Translations under genes and position numbers: made by a program
Shown: positions 50,141 through 59,455 of the stretch, one piece after another
Layout: each line of letters starts with the position of its first letter
Numbering within the stretch: position 1 is the stretch's first letter
DNA from: Terriglobia bacterium
Lineage (GTDB): Bacteria; Acidobacteriota; Terriglobia; 20CM-2-55-15
Assembly: GCA_965218585.1 (NCBI GenBank)
Contig: CBDCLE010000003.1
Location: 32,001-96,000, forward strand
DNA length: 64,000 nucleotides
Direction of reading: 5' to 3'
The notes under the pieces: model-generated
Database searches by the model: none
What the model saw: the letters and a program-made list of their open reading frames with translations, nothing else
What the model was told of the DNA's origin: nothing

Positions 50141-50352
50141 TCGTAACGCGGCAGATTATTAGCCCGTTCGGACCTAGTAGCTTTTAAGGCAAGTCCGGCC
50201 AGGGACGGTAGTCGCAAACGATGAAGTCAGGATGAGCTGCGGGGGCGGAGCCCACGTCGAAAGGATTTCGGAGAGCAGCGACGAGACGTGGGCGATGAAG
50301 GACACTAGGACCAAAACCTGACGACGAACGGATTCGCCATCAGGTTTTTTTA
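50141..50352 (+). ncRNA. Candidate CsrB/Rsm-like GGA-rich small RNA
   Basis: Nine GGA motifs in 50170-50332, several in hairpin loops, between a sigma54 promoter and an intrinsic terminator; no plus-strand ORF. Confidence 0.55.
50313..50352 (+). terminator. Intrinsic terminator of the candidate sRNA
   Basis: AAAACCTGA..CGAA-CGGA-TTCG..TCAGG-TTTTTTT. Confidence 0.75.
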
Positions 50353-50357
50353 GTTCT

Positions 50358-50443
50358 AAAAGCGGGGACAGGGCACTCTTTTTGCACGTAACCCGACCAC
50401 CGTCTCCCGATATGGGCAAAAAGAGTGCCCTGTCCCCACTTTT
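50358..50443. repeat. 28-bp inverted repeat (REP/MITE-like)
   Basis: AAAAGCGGGGACAGGGCACTCTTTTTGC and its reverse complement (27/28 match) 30 nt apart. Confidence 0.8.
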
Positions 50444-50830
50444 TCAGCTCGACTTCGTTATCGTGAAGTCGCCGTTCACGTTGTCGTGACTCCAACTCCC
50501 CTTGATCGTATCCCCGTCGAGAGTCCCTTCTATGGTGTAGTGGATCTCTCCGCGGAAGCTCTGGGCATCGGCTTCCATCTTCACCATTCCTGTCGCAGGG
50601 TCAAATGAAGCGTTGCTCAACTCGATCGCATTCGGTCCGGGGTTCACGACCCCCTTGAGAGAGCTTCCATCCCATGTCAGCTCGACGACAACGTCGTTAC
50701 GGTCATATTGGCTGGGACCCCAGTCTCCATACCAGGTTCCTGTAACGGGATCGGACTGTGCCAGGGAACCGGGAACCGCCAGTGAAACAACCAAAATAAA
50801 ACAGACCAGACTCAGAGCACTCGCTCTCAT
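50444..50830 (-). CDS. Small secreted beta-barrel-like hypothetical protein
   Basis: Signal peptide, DPVTGTWYG, IEGTLDGDTIKGSW; RBS GGAGG. Confidence 0.7.
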   Translation of the reverse strand: MRASALSLVCFILVVSLAVPGSLAQSDPVTGTWYGDWGPSQYDRNDVVVELTWDGSSLKGVVNPGPNAIELSNASFDPATGMVKMEADAQSFRGEIHYTIEGTLDGDTIKGSWSHDNVNGDFTITKSS

Positions 50831-51115
50831 GAAACCTCCATACCAAAAAAACAAGAATCAGCGGCCCCTGATGACTTGAAGGCGGGGGCGACTGTTCAAA
50901 AATTGTAGCACTGTCAGTCAGGGAGCCGGGCAGAGTAGTGTACTCCAAGCTTTTGCCCTCGACGTCCTCAAGGACGTACCCAGCACACACACCCGCGATT
51001 TCTAGGTTCCGTACCTAGCGCGATTTGCAGCCTTAATACATTTGATCCGCTCACCCCGACGGGCCTAGAATAGTCACTCCTTTATCTTTGCATGGCTATA
51101 TTCGGAGGTTTGAGG

Positions 51116-52933
51116 ATGCTTCGGAAACTGAGATGGGTGGCCCCGATCCTTCTTGTCACTTCGATCGGAGTGGCCGCAGGTTTCGGCCAACAGGCTGGAC
51201 CCGCCACCTGGGAAGACGATCTCACTCCAATCGGCCCTGAGGAATGGAACTACGACCTCGCCGCTCACCTGCTGGAACGCGCCGGTTTCGGCGGTACACC
51301 GGCCCAGATCGAGGTGCTGGCCGGGATGACACCCGAACAGGCAATCCGACGACTCGTCTACTTCGAGGGCACCGACAACGGCCACTTACCTGAGTTTGAG
51401 CACTCCGGAACGCACGATCCCGGACTCGAACCTTTCCCTCCAAGTCGGCCGGCGACGACTGATCTGGCGAAGGAAACGGGTGAAGCGTTGGGAATCAAGG
51501 TTAAACCGGCCGGAAACCGGCGCCTTCAGCCCGTCGTCAACAAGTTCTTTTACTGGCTACGTGCGAGCGTATTGGAAACCAACCGTGTGGCTTACTGGTG
51601 GGCGAATCGAATGGTAGCCAGCAACCGGCCACTCCAGGAAAAGATGGCTCTGTTCTGGCATGGCCACTATGCCGTCAGCGAAGGCAAGGTACGCGACTAT
51701 AGGAAGCTACTGGGCCAACTCGAACTCTTCTACTCGCATGGAACAGGCAACTTCCGGGATCTGATGGTCGCCATGGCGCAAGACCCGGGAATGCTCTCCT
51801 TTCTGGACGCCGACGTCAACGTCCGGGGCGCTCCCAACGAAAACTTCGCCCGCGAGATCATGGAACTATTCACGATGGGCGTCGGGAACTACTCGGAAAG
51901 AGATATCCGTGAGGCAGCCCGAGCATTCACTGGCTGGAATTACGTAGACCTCGATTTCGTTGTCAACGACGACCGGCACGACGATGGCGAAAAGACCTTC
52001 CTCGGTCGAACGGGCGACTTCGACGGTGTCGAGATTATCGACATCATTATGGACCAGCCTGTCACCGCCACCTACATCGCCGGTAAGATTTATCGCTACT
52101 TTGTACGCGAGGAGCTTTCAGCCGAACTCCAGGAAGAGCTGGGTATGGTGTTACGAGGTGCCACCTACGAAGTTGCACCGCTCCTGGAAGCGATCTTCCT
52201 CTCTCGAGACTTCTACAGCGAACCTTCGGTGGGAACTCACATAAAGAGCCCCGTCCAACTGGCAGTGTCCACGTACCGAAAACTCGGCCTCCAGAACGCT
52301 CCGGGCGTTCCGGATTTCAACTCGGCCACCAGCGCACTGGGCCAGCGACTGTTTCAACCACCTACCGTCGCCGGTTGGGCCCAGGGCCGGAGTTGGGTGA
52401 CTCCAGGTCTGTTGCTCGAGCGTGGCAATTTCGCCCGTGACGTCCTTTTCCCGGACATCAACTTCGTCCCGCCGGACCGACGCAACGGCAACCCCGAGAT
52501 TCGGAGCGTTGCAGACAGGATTCGACAAGGAATGGACATAACGTCGGCAACGATGCCCAGCTCGGGAGAAATCATGGCAGAGTCGAACATGCTGGCCGAT
52601 CGCGACGAGGACTTCAACACGCGATACGGAAGCTTCCGCGGCTGGCAGATGGCGATTCAAAGGGTGATACCGATCCCGCGACACGCAGCCCAAGTCGACC
52701 TGTCCCGAATGGTTCTGGATGAGGACTTAGCGACCACGGCCGAGGTCGTCGATTATTTCGTTGACCGTTTCATGCGAGTGAGTCCCAGCGCCGAAGTGCG
52801 TGAGATGCTTGTGGATTTCCTCGACAACGAACTGGGTACGTCCGATATTTCTGTTGCCGAAACCTACCTGGAGGATCCACTACGGCTGGTTCTGCACCTG
52901 ATCATGAGCCAACCCGAGTACCAACTCGGTTGA
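51116..52933 (+). CDS. DUF1800-family protein
   Basis: AAHLLERAGFG, LQEKMALFWHGH, PNENFAREIMELFTMG, PPTVAGW, PEYQL. Confidence 0.88.
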   Translation: MLRKLRWVAPILLVTSIGVAAGFGQQAGPATWEDDLTPIGPEEWNYDLAAHLLERAGFGGTPAQIEVLAGMTPEQAIRRLVYFEGTDNGHLPEFEHSGTHDPGLEPFPPSRPATTDLAKETGEALGIKVKPAGNRRLQPVVNKFFYWLRASVLETNRVAYWWANRMVASNRPLQEKMALFWHGHYAVSEGKVRDYRKLLGQLELFYSHGTGNFRDLMVAMAQDPGMLSFLDADVNVRGAPNENFAREIMELFTMGVGNYSERDIREAARAFTGWNYVDLDFVVNDDRHDDGEKTFLGRTGDFDGVEIIDIIMDQPVTATYIAGKIYRYFVREELSAELQEELGMVLRGATYEVAPLLEAIFLSRDFYSEPSVGTHIKSPVQLAVSTYRKLGLQNAPGVPDFNSATSALGQRLFQPPTVAGWAQGRSWVTPGLLLERGNFARDVLFPDINFVPPDRRNGNPEIRSVADRIRQGMDITSATMPSSGEIMAESNMLADRDEDFNTRYGSFRGWQMAIQRVIPIPRHAAQVDLSRMVLDEDLATTAEVVDYFVDRFMRVSPSAEVREMLVDFLDNELGTSDISVAETYLEDPLRLVLHLIMSQPEYQLG

Positions 52934-52943
52934 GGAATCACTT

Positions 52944-54191
52944 ATGAAAAAACACGATTCACGATTAAGCAATCTGACTCGAAGGGATCTGCTGCGTGCC
53001 GGCCTGTACGGTATCGGTGTGGGGGCGGCAACATCGATGGGAGCGCCGGCACTGTTTGGCCGCGCAGCTGAGGCAATCGCCTCTCAGGCTGCCGACGATG
53101 GCCCCATCCTCGTGGTCTTGGAGCTGAGCGGCGGAAACGACGGCCTCAATACGTTAATTCCTTATGGTGACGACGCTTACTACCGGCACCGGCCCGAGAT
53201 CGGCATCCCCGAAGCCGAAATCCGAAAGATCGACGACCACTTCGGCTTCAACCGCGGCATGGCCGGCTTTGAACGCCTGTACAAGGATGGCAAGATGGCC
53301 GTTGTTCACGGGTGCGGTTATGAAAACCCTTCGTTTTCACATTTCACCTCGATGGCCTACTGGCACACGGCGGCTCCCAATAGCGGCGCCGAGTATGGCT
53401 GGGTCGGCCACCTTGCAGATTCGATGGCGCCGAATGCGCCTTCGAATTTTCTGGTCAATATCGACTCCCGCCAGTCTCTGGCGGTTCGCAGCCGCGCACA
53501 CGTGCCGGTCGTATTTGACGCTCCCGATAGGTTTGCAAGGGAGAGCTTCTACCAGGAGCGTGAAGTTTTTGACCGTGTAGCGGACAACGGCGAGGTCAGC
53601 AACCCTTCGCGGGGATTCCTGCTCGACATCGCTCGAAGCGCACGAGACGCATCTGCCCTCGTTCAGGGAGCGTGGGAAAACTACGATTCGCCGGTAGATT
53701 ATGGGGTCACCGGACTCGACCTGCCCAAAGTCGTTGCGTTGATCGATGCGGGCATGCCGACCCGTCTCTACTACACGTCTTACCGAAACAATGCATTCGA
53801 TACACACGTGTTCCAGAACGACCTGCACCAGCGACTCTTGACCTACACTTCCGACGCCGTCTCCGCATTCATCCTGGATCTGGAAAGGATCGGCCGCGCG
53901 GATGATGTCACAGTGCTGATCTTCTCCGAGTTCGGCCGCCGAGTACCTGAAAACGTCAGCCTGGGAACCGATCACGGGGCAGCAAACCTCATGTTTGTCG
54001 TCGGCAACAACGTACAGGGGGGACACTACGGAGATCTGCCGAGTCTGACCGATCTGGACGAAGGCGACAACCTCGAGTACACGACCGACTTCCGCCGCGT
54101 ATATGCAACGATGATCGAAGGCTGGTTGGGACATCCAGATGCGGGAGAAATCCTGAAAGGCAACTTCGAATCGTTCGATATGTTTGTCTGA
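52944..54191 (+). CDS. DUF1501-family protein with Tat signal
   Basis: TRRDLL, LSGGNDGLNT, FDTH, SEFGRR, GTDHG, DFRRVYA. Confidence 0.9.
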   Translation: MKKHDSRLSNLTRRDLLRAGLYGIGVGAATSMGAPALFGRAAEAIASQAADDGPILVVLELSGGNDGLNTLIPYGDDAYYRHRPEIGIPEAEIRKIDDHFGFNRGMAGFERLYKDGKMAVVHGCGYENPSFSHFTSMAYWHTAAPNSGAEYGWVGHLADSMAPNAPSNFLVNIDSRQSLAVRSRAHVPVVFDAPDRFARESFYQEREVFDRVADNGEVSNPSRGFLLDIARSARDASALVQGAWENYDSPVDYGVTGLDLPKVVALIDAGMPTRLYYTSYRNNAFDTHVFQNDLHQRLLTYTSDAVSAFILDLERIGRADDVTVLIFSEFGRRVPENVSLGTDHGAANLMFVVGNNVQGGHYGDLPSLTDLDEGDNLEYTTDFRRVYATMIEGWLGHPDAGEILKGNFESFDMFV

Positions 54192-54321
54192 CGATTGATA
54201 CCGGAGGCACCGAGACACGACTCTCGAGTTCTGTGCACTCCGAACCCAACGTGCACAATCGCCACCGGCCAGCCGATATTCGCTGGGACAGCAGCCGTAG
54301 GCTTCGATAGGCCTGCCGACC

Positions 54322-54633
54322 TCAATCCGAAGTCCCGTCGAGGGTAACGACGGGTTCGTCGCCTATGACTTCGGCGCTGTGGACCGTACCGCTGGGAATC
54401 GTCAACGAATCGCCCGCTTCCAGAACGAAACTCTCACCCAACACGCTTATCCGAAAGCGCCCGGACAAGACGCCATCGATCTTATTGGTGTCGTGCGTGT
54501 GATCCGGGAAGTAAGTACCTGGCGGATAAACGTAGCGAGTTACGGAGTAGCCCTGATACTCGAACCTGCCACGCATAGATTCTTCAGTCAGGCGCCCGTC
54601 CTGATCGGCATCCCATTTCTCGATTCGTATCAT
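54322..54633 (-). CDS. Cupin-domain protein
   Basis: YPPGTYFPDHTH, LEAGD, PSGTVHSA. Confidence 0.85.
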   Translation of the reverse strand: MIRIEKWDADQDGRLTEESMRGRFEYQGYSVTRYVYPPGTYFPDHTHDTNKIDGVLSGRFRISVLGESFVLEAGDSLTIPSGTVHSAEVIGDEPVVTLDGTSD

Positions 54634-54642
54634 GAATTGGAA

Positions 54643-56745
54643 TCAGGGCCTGTACTCGAGCAGCTCTGATCGTTCGAGGTTGGCTTCGACTTCTTCGCGG
54701 GTCCGCCACGGTGCACGGAGCTCCTTCTCGGCCAGCAACTCCAGTTGATCGCCACGGTGGGGCGATCCAGGCTGGGACGCATTGCCGTAACTCAAAAGAA
54801 CCTCAGCACGAACGGGATCCGAGAACTCAACGGCTGCAACAAACGTGTCTCCGTGGATCGTGCGGAATCGATCGCCGTCTGGTTCGAACGACATGACCCG
54901 AAACGCACCCAGCGCGCCCGGACCGCCGTTTGCGGCCAAGTCATAACCTTCAATCCGGAACCGGTACACGTCACCCCACGGAACGTCCAAGGCACTGTGT
55001 GTCTCTTCGATGCGCCCAGCTGCGACCTCCAATGCGGTAACAGCGCCCTGTGGGTCCGCCAGACCATCGGGCGTCGTGCGAGGATTCTCCTCGTCCCAGG
55101 GCGTGCCAAAGACGTCCGGACCCACTCCCAACTCCCGAGCCCAGGCTTCGAACAACACCGTTCCCTGGCTGTCAGCATCGGCCTCACGGTTCCAGGCATC
55201 CAGGACATCGGCCGCTCTTGCCGCCAAACCGCCGCGGCGCCGCGCGACAGGAATCAGATCGTCCAGGATTCGGTCGGCCAGTTCCATGCGCGTGGAATGT
55301 TTGTATTCGACCATTTCCTCGAAAGTGATCGAATCGTCTTCGTCGAGCATTCGAACTGAACGCTGGGGGCGAAAGCCCATCTCTTCGGGTGCCAGGTAAT
55401 CGGGGTAGTTGTAGGCTTCGAGCTCCTTCGGAAACGTAGCGCTCCAGGGCGGATCGTTGGCATTCTGGACCCAACCGCTCTCGGGATCCACGATGCGCGG
55501 CAATTCGAAATATCCATGAGCCCGGTCCCAGAGCGTTGCAGGATGGTTGCCGGGAATAGTTGCTTGCCAGAAAGTCCAGTCCCCGGCTCCACGAATCGGG
55601 TTGCGCCCTCCGAACACATACATGATCCGTCCGTCGCGATCTGCGTAAATCACGTTGAAAAAGGGATTCTGCAGACGCCGCAACGCGGCTTCAAAAGTCT
55701 CGAGATCGGTCGCCCGCATCATGTCCCAGTACTGTTCGACAAAATGGGGTTCATCGAGACCAGCGAGCCGCGCAACCAATACGCTGGCAGCGTTTTCGGC
55801 GATGACCGGACCGTGATCCGTACTTCGGATAACCAGTTCCCGCTCCTCCAACGAACCGTCCGAACGCCTCACGAAATAACTTTCGGTTTCTGATTCGAAC
55901 TCCCTTTCGTAGTCGGGACCGAAATCGACGGGTGGCCAGGCATACCCTTCTCCCATTCGAAAGATTTCATACAGGTCCGCACCATCCATCGTGTTGACCG
56001 TATGTGTCCAACCCAGATTGTCGTTGAACGCGATAGCGAGAGTCGGAAAACCGACCAACGTTGCTCCGTACGCGTTCAAATCGGGAGCTACGAGATGAGC
56101 CTCAAACCACGTGTAAAATCCCGACCACGGCAGGTGCGGATTCGCCAGCAACATCGCGTTTCCACTCTCGGACCGGGATGGCCCGATGGCCCAACCGTTT
56201 GAACCTGGGACAGCTCCATCTGCAGCCGGACGCAAAGATTCACCCAGGAACTCCAGATGAATCACCCGTTGAATATGAGCGAGGACATCCGACGCTCTCA
56301 CCGGCAGGACAACCTCAACACGATCATCGATGTTTTCCCGGTTCGACTCGGCGTAGTCGTTGAGCCCGGCAGCGAACGCTTCCAGGTAGGCCCGTATGGC
56401 GGGGTTCTGGAACTCAAGCCACTCCTCGGCCCGCGCTGGCACACCCATACGCCGTATATAGACATCAGAGTCGACGTATTCCTCTCCCCAGTACTCGGCC
56501 GCCCGGCCTCGGGCCTCACCATAGAGTTGAAGAATCAGGTCCCCGTGGCTCTCCGCCTGCGCAGAACCGAACGAATGGAAGAGTCCTTCCCAACTGTCGG
56601 CATACACATGCGGCACGCCCCATGTGTCCCAGAGGATTTCGGTCTGGATAGGGGGCTCGGAAGAGCAGGAACCGATCACCATCAATAGAGGAAGCAACAC
56701 GACAAGTGGCTTGGGCGAACGAAATTGGAAGTTATTGATACTCAT
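54643..56745 (-). CDS. Penicillin acylase family (Ntn hydrolase) lipoprotein
   Basis: WDTWGVPHV, GSNGWAIGP (catalytic Ser), LLANPHLPW, QNAN; IGSC lipobox-like. Confidence 0.92.
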   Translation of the reverse strand: MSINNFQFRSPKPLVVLLPLLMVIGSCSSEPPIQTEILWDTWGVPHVYADSWEGLFHSFGSAQAESHGDLILQLYGEARGRAAEYWGEEYVDSDVYIRRMGVPARAEEWLEFQNPAIRAYLEAFAAGLNDYAESNRENIDDRVEVVLPVRASDVLAHIQRVIHLEFLGESLRPAADGAVPGSNGWAIGPSRSESGNAMLLANPHLPWSGFYTWFEAHLVAPDLNAYGATLVGFPTLAIAFNDNLGWTHTVNTMDGADLYEIFRMGEGYAWPPVDFGPDYEREFESETESYFVRRSDGSLEERELVIRSTDHGPVIAENAASVLVARLAGLDEPHFVEQYWDMMRATDLETFEAALRRLQNPFFNVIYADRDGRIMYVFGGRNPIRGAGDWTFWQATIPGNHPATLWDRAHGYFELPRIVDPESGWVQNANDPPWSATFPKELEAYNYPDYLAPEEMGFRPQRSVRMLDEDDSITFEEMVEYKHSTRMELADRILDDLIPVARRRGGLAARAADVLDAWNREADADSQGTVLFEAWARELGVGPDVFGTPWDEENPRTTPDGLADPQGAVTALEVAAGRIEETHSALDVPWGDVYRFRIEGYDLAANGGPGALGAFRVMSFEPDGDRFRTIHGDTFVAAVEFSDPVRAEVLLSYGNASQPGSPHRGDQLELLAEKELRAPWRTREEVEANLERSELLEYRP

Positions 56746-56783
56746 TGTCTCCATTTTGTCAGATGAAGTCTCCTTACGACGAC

Positions 56784-58172
56784 TCAGTTGTACGAAGCCG
56801 CAATCGCTTCAAGGCGTTCCTGAATACTCGATTCCGGCAACCATTCTCCGCGAACCATGACCCCAGCCCGGTCCCGAATGTTTGCGATATCCTCCAAAGG
56901 ATCCGCGTTGACCAGAAGCAAATCGGCCCGGTTGCCCACTTCGATGGTTCCAAAGTCGTCCTGGTTGCTAAAGTAGCGACCGACGTTGGCCGTTCCCGAT
57001 CGAAGAATTTCGTAAGGTGACATACCCGCCTCAGACATTACTGCCAGCTCCCGGTGTATCGAGAAACCGGGAACACTGAACTGCTGCGGCGCATCGGTCC
57101 CCATCAAAACCGGAACACCCCCATCCTGCAATGCGGCGAGCACTCGCATGCGGTTATCAATCAGCTGCCTGGCGGCCTCGGGATCGAAATCGGGGGCTGA
57201 AACTCTTGATTGATAGCTAGCCCTCCACCCTTCGACGTCTCCAGGGGGCATGTAACGCAACTCTTCATATCGTGTCAGTGCGTCCAACTCGCGGGTCCCG
57301 ACTAGAGCTTCCCAGAGCGCCATCGTGGGTACGACCCACGCTCCGGCGTTTCGAGTCCTCTCGACAATATCTACCAGCTGGGACTCTTCGATCGGATCCG
57401 CAGTAGCGTCCAGATGTTCGAGGTAACCATCGAGATGATCGAAGGTCTCCTGTCCCATATCGAGCGCGTGGGGAAGTCCGACTTCAGCGGGCACATGACC
57501 GCCGAAGCGCATACCCAATTCGTTGGCTGTCTCAGCCATCGCGTCGTATTCGGATCGGGTCAAACCCGGATGAACCTTCAACAGATCCCAGCCTTCTCCG
57601 GCCTGGCTGCGAACTCGGGCAACGGCTTCCTCCGGTGAATCGATAGAACCTCCGCTAAAGCTGGGGCCGGCCAGGTACAGGTTGGGCCCGATGAGATCTC
57701 CCCGCCGAACTCTTTCGCGCAATTCGAGTTGCCCGGGGGCACCGAGCATGCCCCGCACGGTCGTGATCCCATTCGCGACATACATGAACAGAACGGCTTC
57801 GACGAATTCTTCCGGATCGCTTGGTGGTGGGATGTGCCCGTGCATCTCGGCCAGCCCCGGCAGGAGATACCTTCCGTTCCCATCCACCAGTACGGCAGGG
57901 TCTGGAACGTTTGCGTCCACAGCGTCCGTGATCTGGGCAACAATCCCGTCCTGAACGATAACCGTCTGATCTTCGAGAACGCGTTCCGAGTCCATGGGAA
58001 TTACGGTGACGCCGACGAACGCTACCGGCAATGACTCCCCTCCTGGGAATTCCGGAACGTCGATTTCGGTCGTTGTCTGAGTCGCCTGTGAATTGCAGCC
58101 CACAGCGACGAGCAGGAACAAGAAACACGAAAACGTCTGTCTGAATAACCTTAGGGACATTCTTAGACCCAT
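56784..58172 (-). CDS. Amidohydrolase-family lipoprotein
   Basis: LLPGLAEMHGH, NGITTVR, GTDAP, GTIEVGNRADLLLV. Confidence 0.85.
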   Translation of the reverse strand: MGLRMSLRLFRQTFSCFLFLLVAVGCNSQATQTTTEIDVPEFPGGESLPVAFVGVTVIPMDSERVLEDQTVIVQDGIVAQITDAVDANVPDPAVLVDGNGRYLLPGLAEMHGHIPPPSDPEEFVEAVLFMYVANGITTVRGMLGAPGQLELRERVRRGDLIGPNLYLAGPSFSGGSIDSPEEAVARVRSQAGEGWDLLKVHPGLTRSEYDAMAETANELGMRFGGHVPAEVGLPHALDMGQETFDHLDGYLEHLDATADPIEESQLVDIVERTRNAGAWVVPTMALWEALVGTRELDALTRYEELRYMPPGDVEGWRASYQSRVSAPDFDPEAARQLIDNRMRVLAALQDGGVPVLMGTDAPQQFSVPGFSIHRELAVMSEAGMSPYEILRSGTANVGRYFSNQDDFGTIEVGNRADLLLVNADPLEDIANIRDRAGVMVRGEWLPESSIQERLEAIAASYN

Positions 58173-58216
58173 GTGCCACCTCCAATTTCGGTCCCCATAT
58201 ATTACAACCGGATGCC

Positions 58217-59095
58217 TCACCGCTCACGCTTCATCCGAGTGAGCCGACAGGTCCAGCGGACAAACGATCGCGAAGCGAGGGGAAAGAGCGATCCCATCGC
58301 CAGATGATAGACAGCAAACAACTCCAACGAGAACGGGACGTAGCCACCATATCCGAGAATTGGCATCTCGAAAACGTGAAGAAAATCTACGAAGGGGATT
58401 CTGTATGTCCATTTCGGATAGGACAGGTAGTTCCACATCTCCCAAAAGAAACCGCACACCAGACATCCGAGACCCAGCGCCACGACGGGCCGCCAATTCC
58501 CTGCCGCGATCGCCCGAAACAGGGACCGGTGTCCCAAAGCATCGTTGATCGGATCGACAATAAAGAACAAGGATAACCAGACCAGGGGAAAGAAGTAACG
58601 AGGCCATGCGAGCACGAGGGCCAGCATCGCGACTCCGCCCACGACCAGTCCGGCCCGCATCCCGCTTCGCATTCCGATTCGACCAGCTCTGGGAAGGGCC
58701 TGAGCGATCTTGAACGTGCTGAACCACTCTGCTGTGCCGAAGACAGCCGGGATGACGGTCGAAAAACAGAGAGAAGCCCAAAAGAAGTATTCGAGATCGC
58801 TGAAGGCGGCGCGTCCTTCATAGATCCAGTTGCCGGTCCGCGAGTTGATGGCTTCGAACAGCCACCAGGTTGGGGCCGAGACCAGAAACAAACCGGCGTA
58901 GTGACCATGACTGCGGGTCCAGAGCGAAGTTCCGCTTCGCCTGCAGGTCCAGGCATCAACGGTCAAGCAATAACCCAACCACAACGGAAAGAACCCCCAG
59001 TGAGTTCTCAATCCGTCGAGCGACTAGTTCAGTGTCCAAAAAACGGCGACCAGAACCAGGCCGATTGTCCCCCGCAGAGGCCAGCTATTGATCAT
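58217..59095 (-). pseudogene. Conserved integral membrane protein; N-terminus has a frameshift near 59070 and an in-frame TAG at 59024-59026
   Basis: WWLFEAIN, GFFWEMWN, FEMPILGYGGY; upstream IGLVLVAVFWTLN*SLDGLRTHW is in frame. Confidence 0.6.
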
Positions 59096-59455
59096 CTTGG
59101 TGAATAGTACTCCCGGTCAGAGACCTTAGAAGCTCGTTCCTGTTCCACCGATCACGAACCGAGAGCGAGGTTCACTGCCATGGGACAGAAAATAGCTTGC
59201 TCACACCTGTCGGCCAATGACGTCCAATTGCTGATTGTGCCTGTGGGTTTGGTAACTTTTACCATCTTCCGGACGTATTTAAGTAGTTTAGGGCTAGTTG
59301 TTTGAGGCCCCGCTTCGCTGAGGTGACAAGGCAGACATAAAGCGTTGATTTCGAAAGCGTAAGAGTCAAACGTGGCCGTCCCAAATCCCTCAGTTCGATA
59401 TAATTGTAAGTTTGCTATCGCCCTACATAACGAAACAGGACCTGCTGACCTCGAT

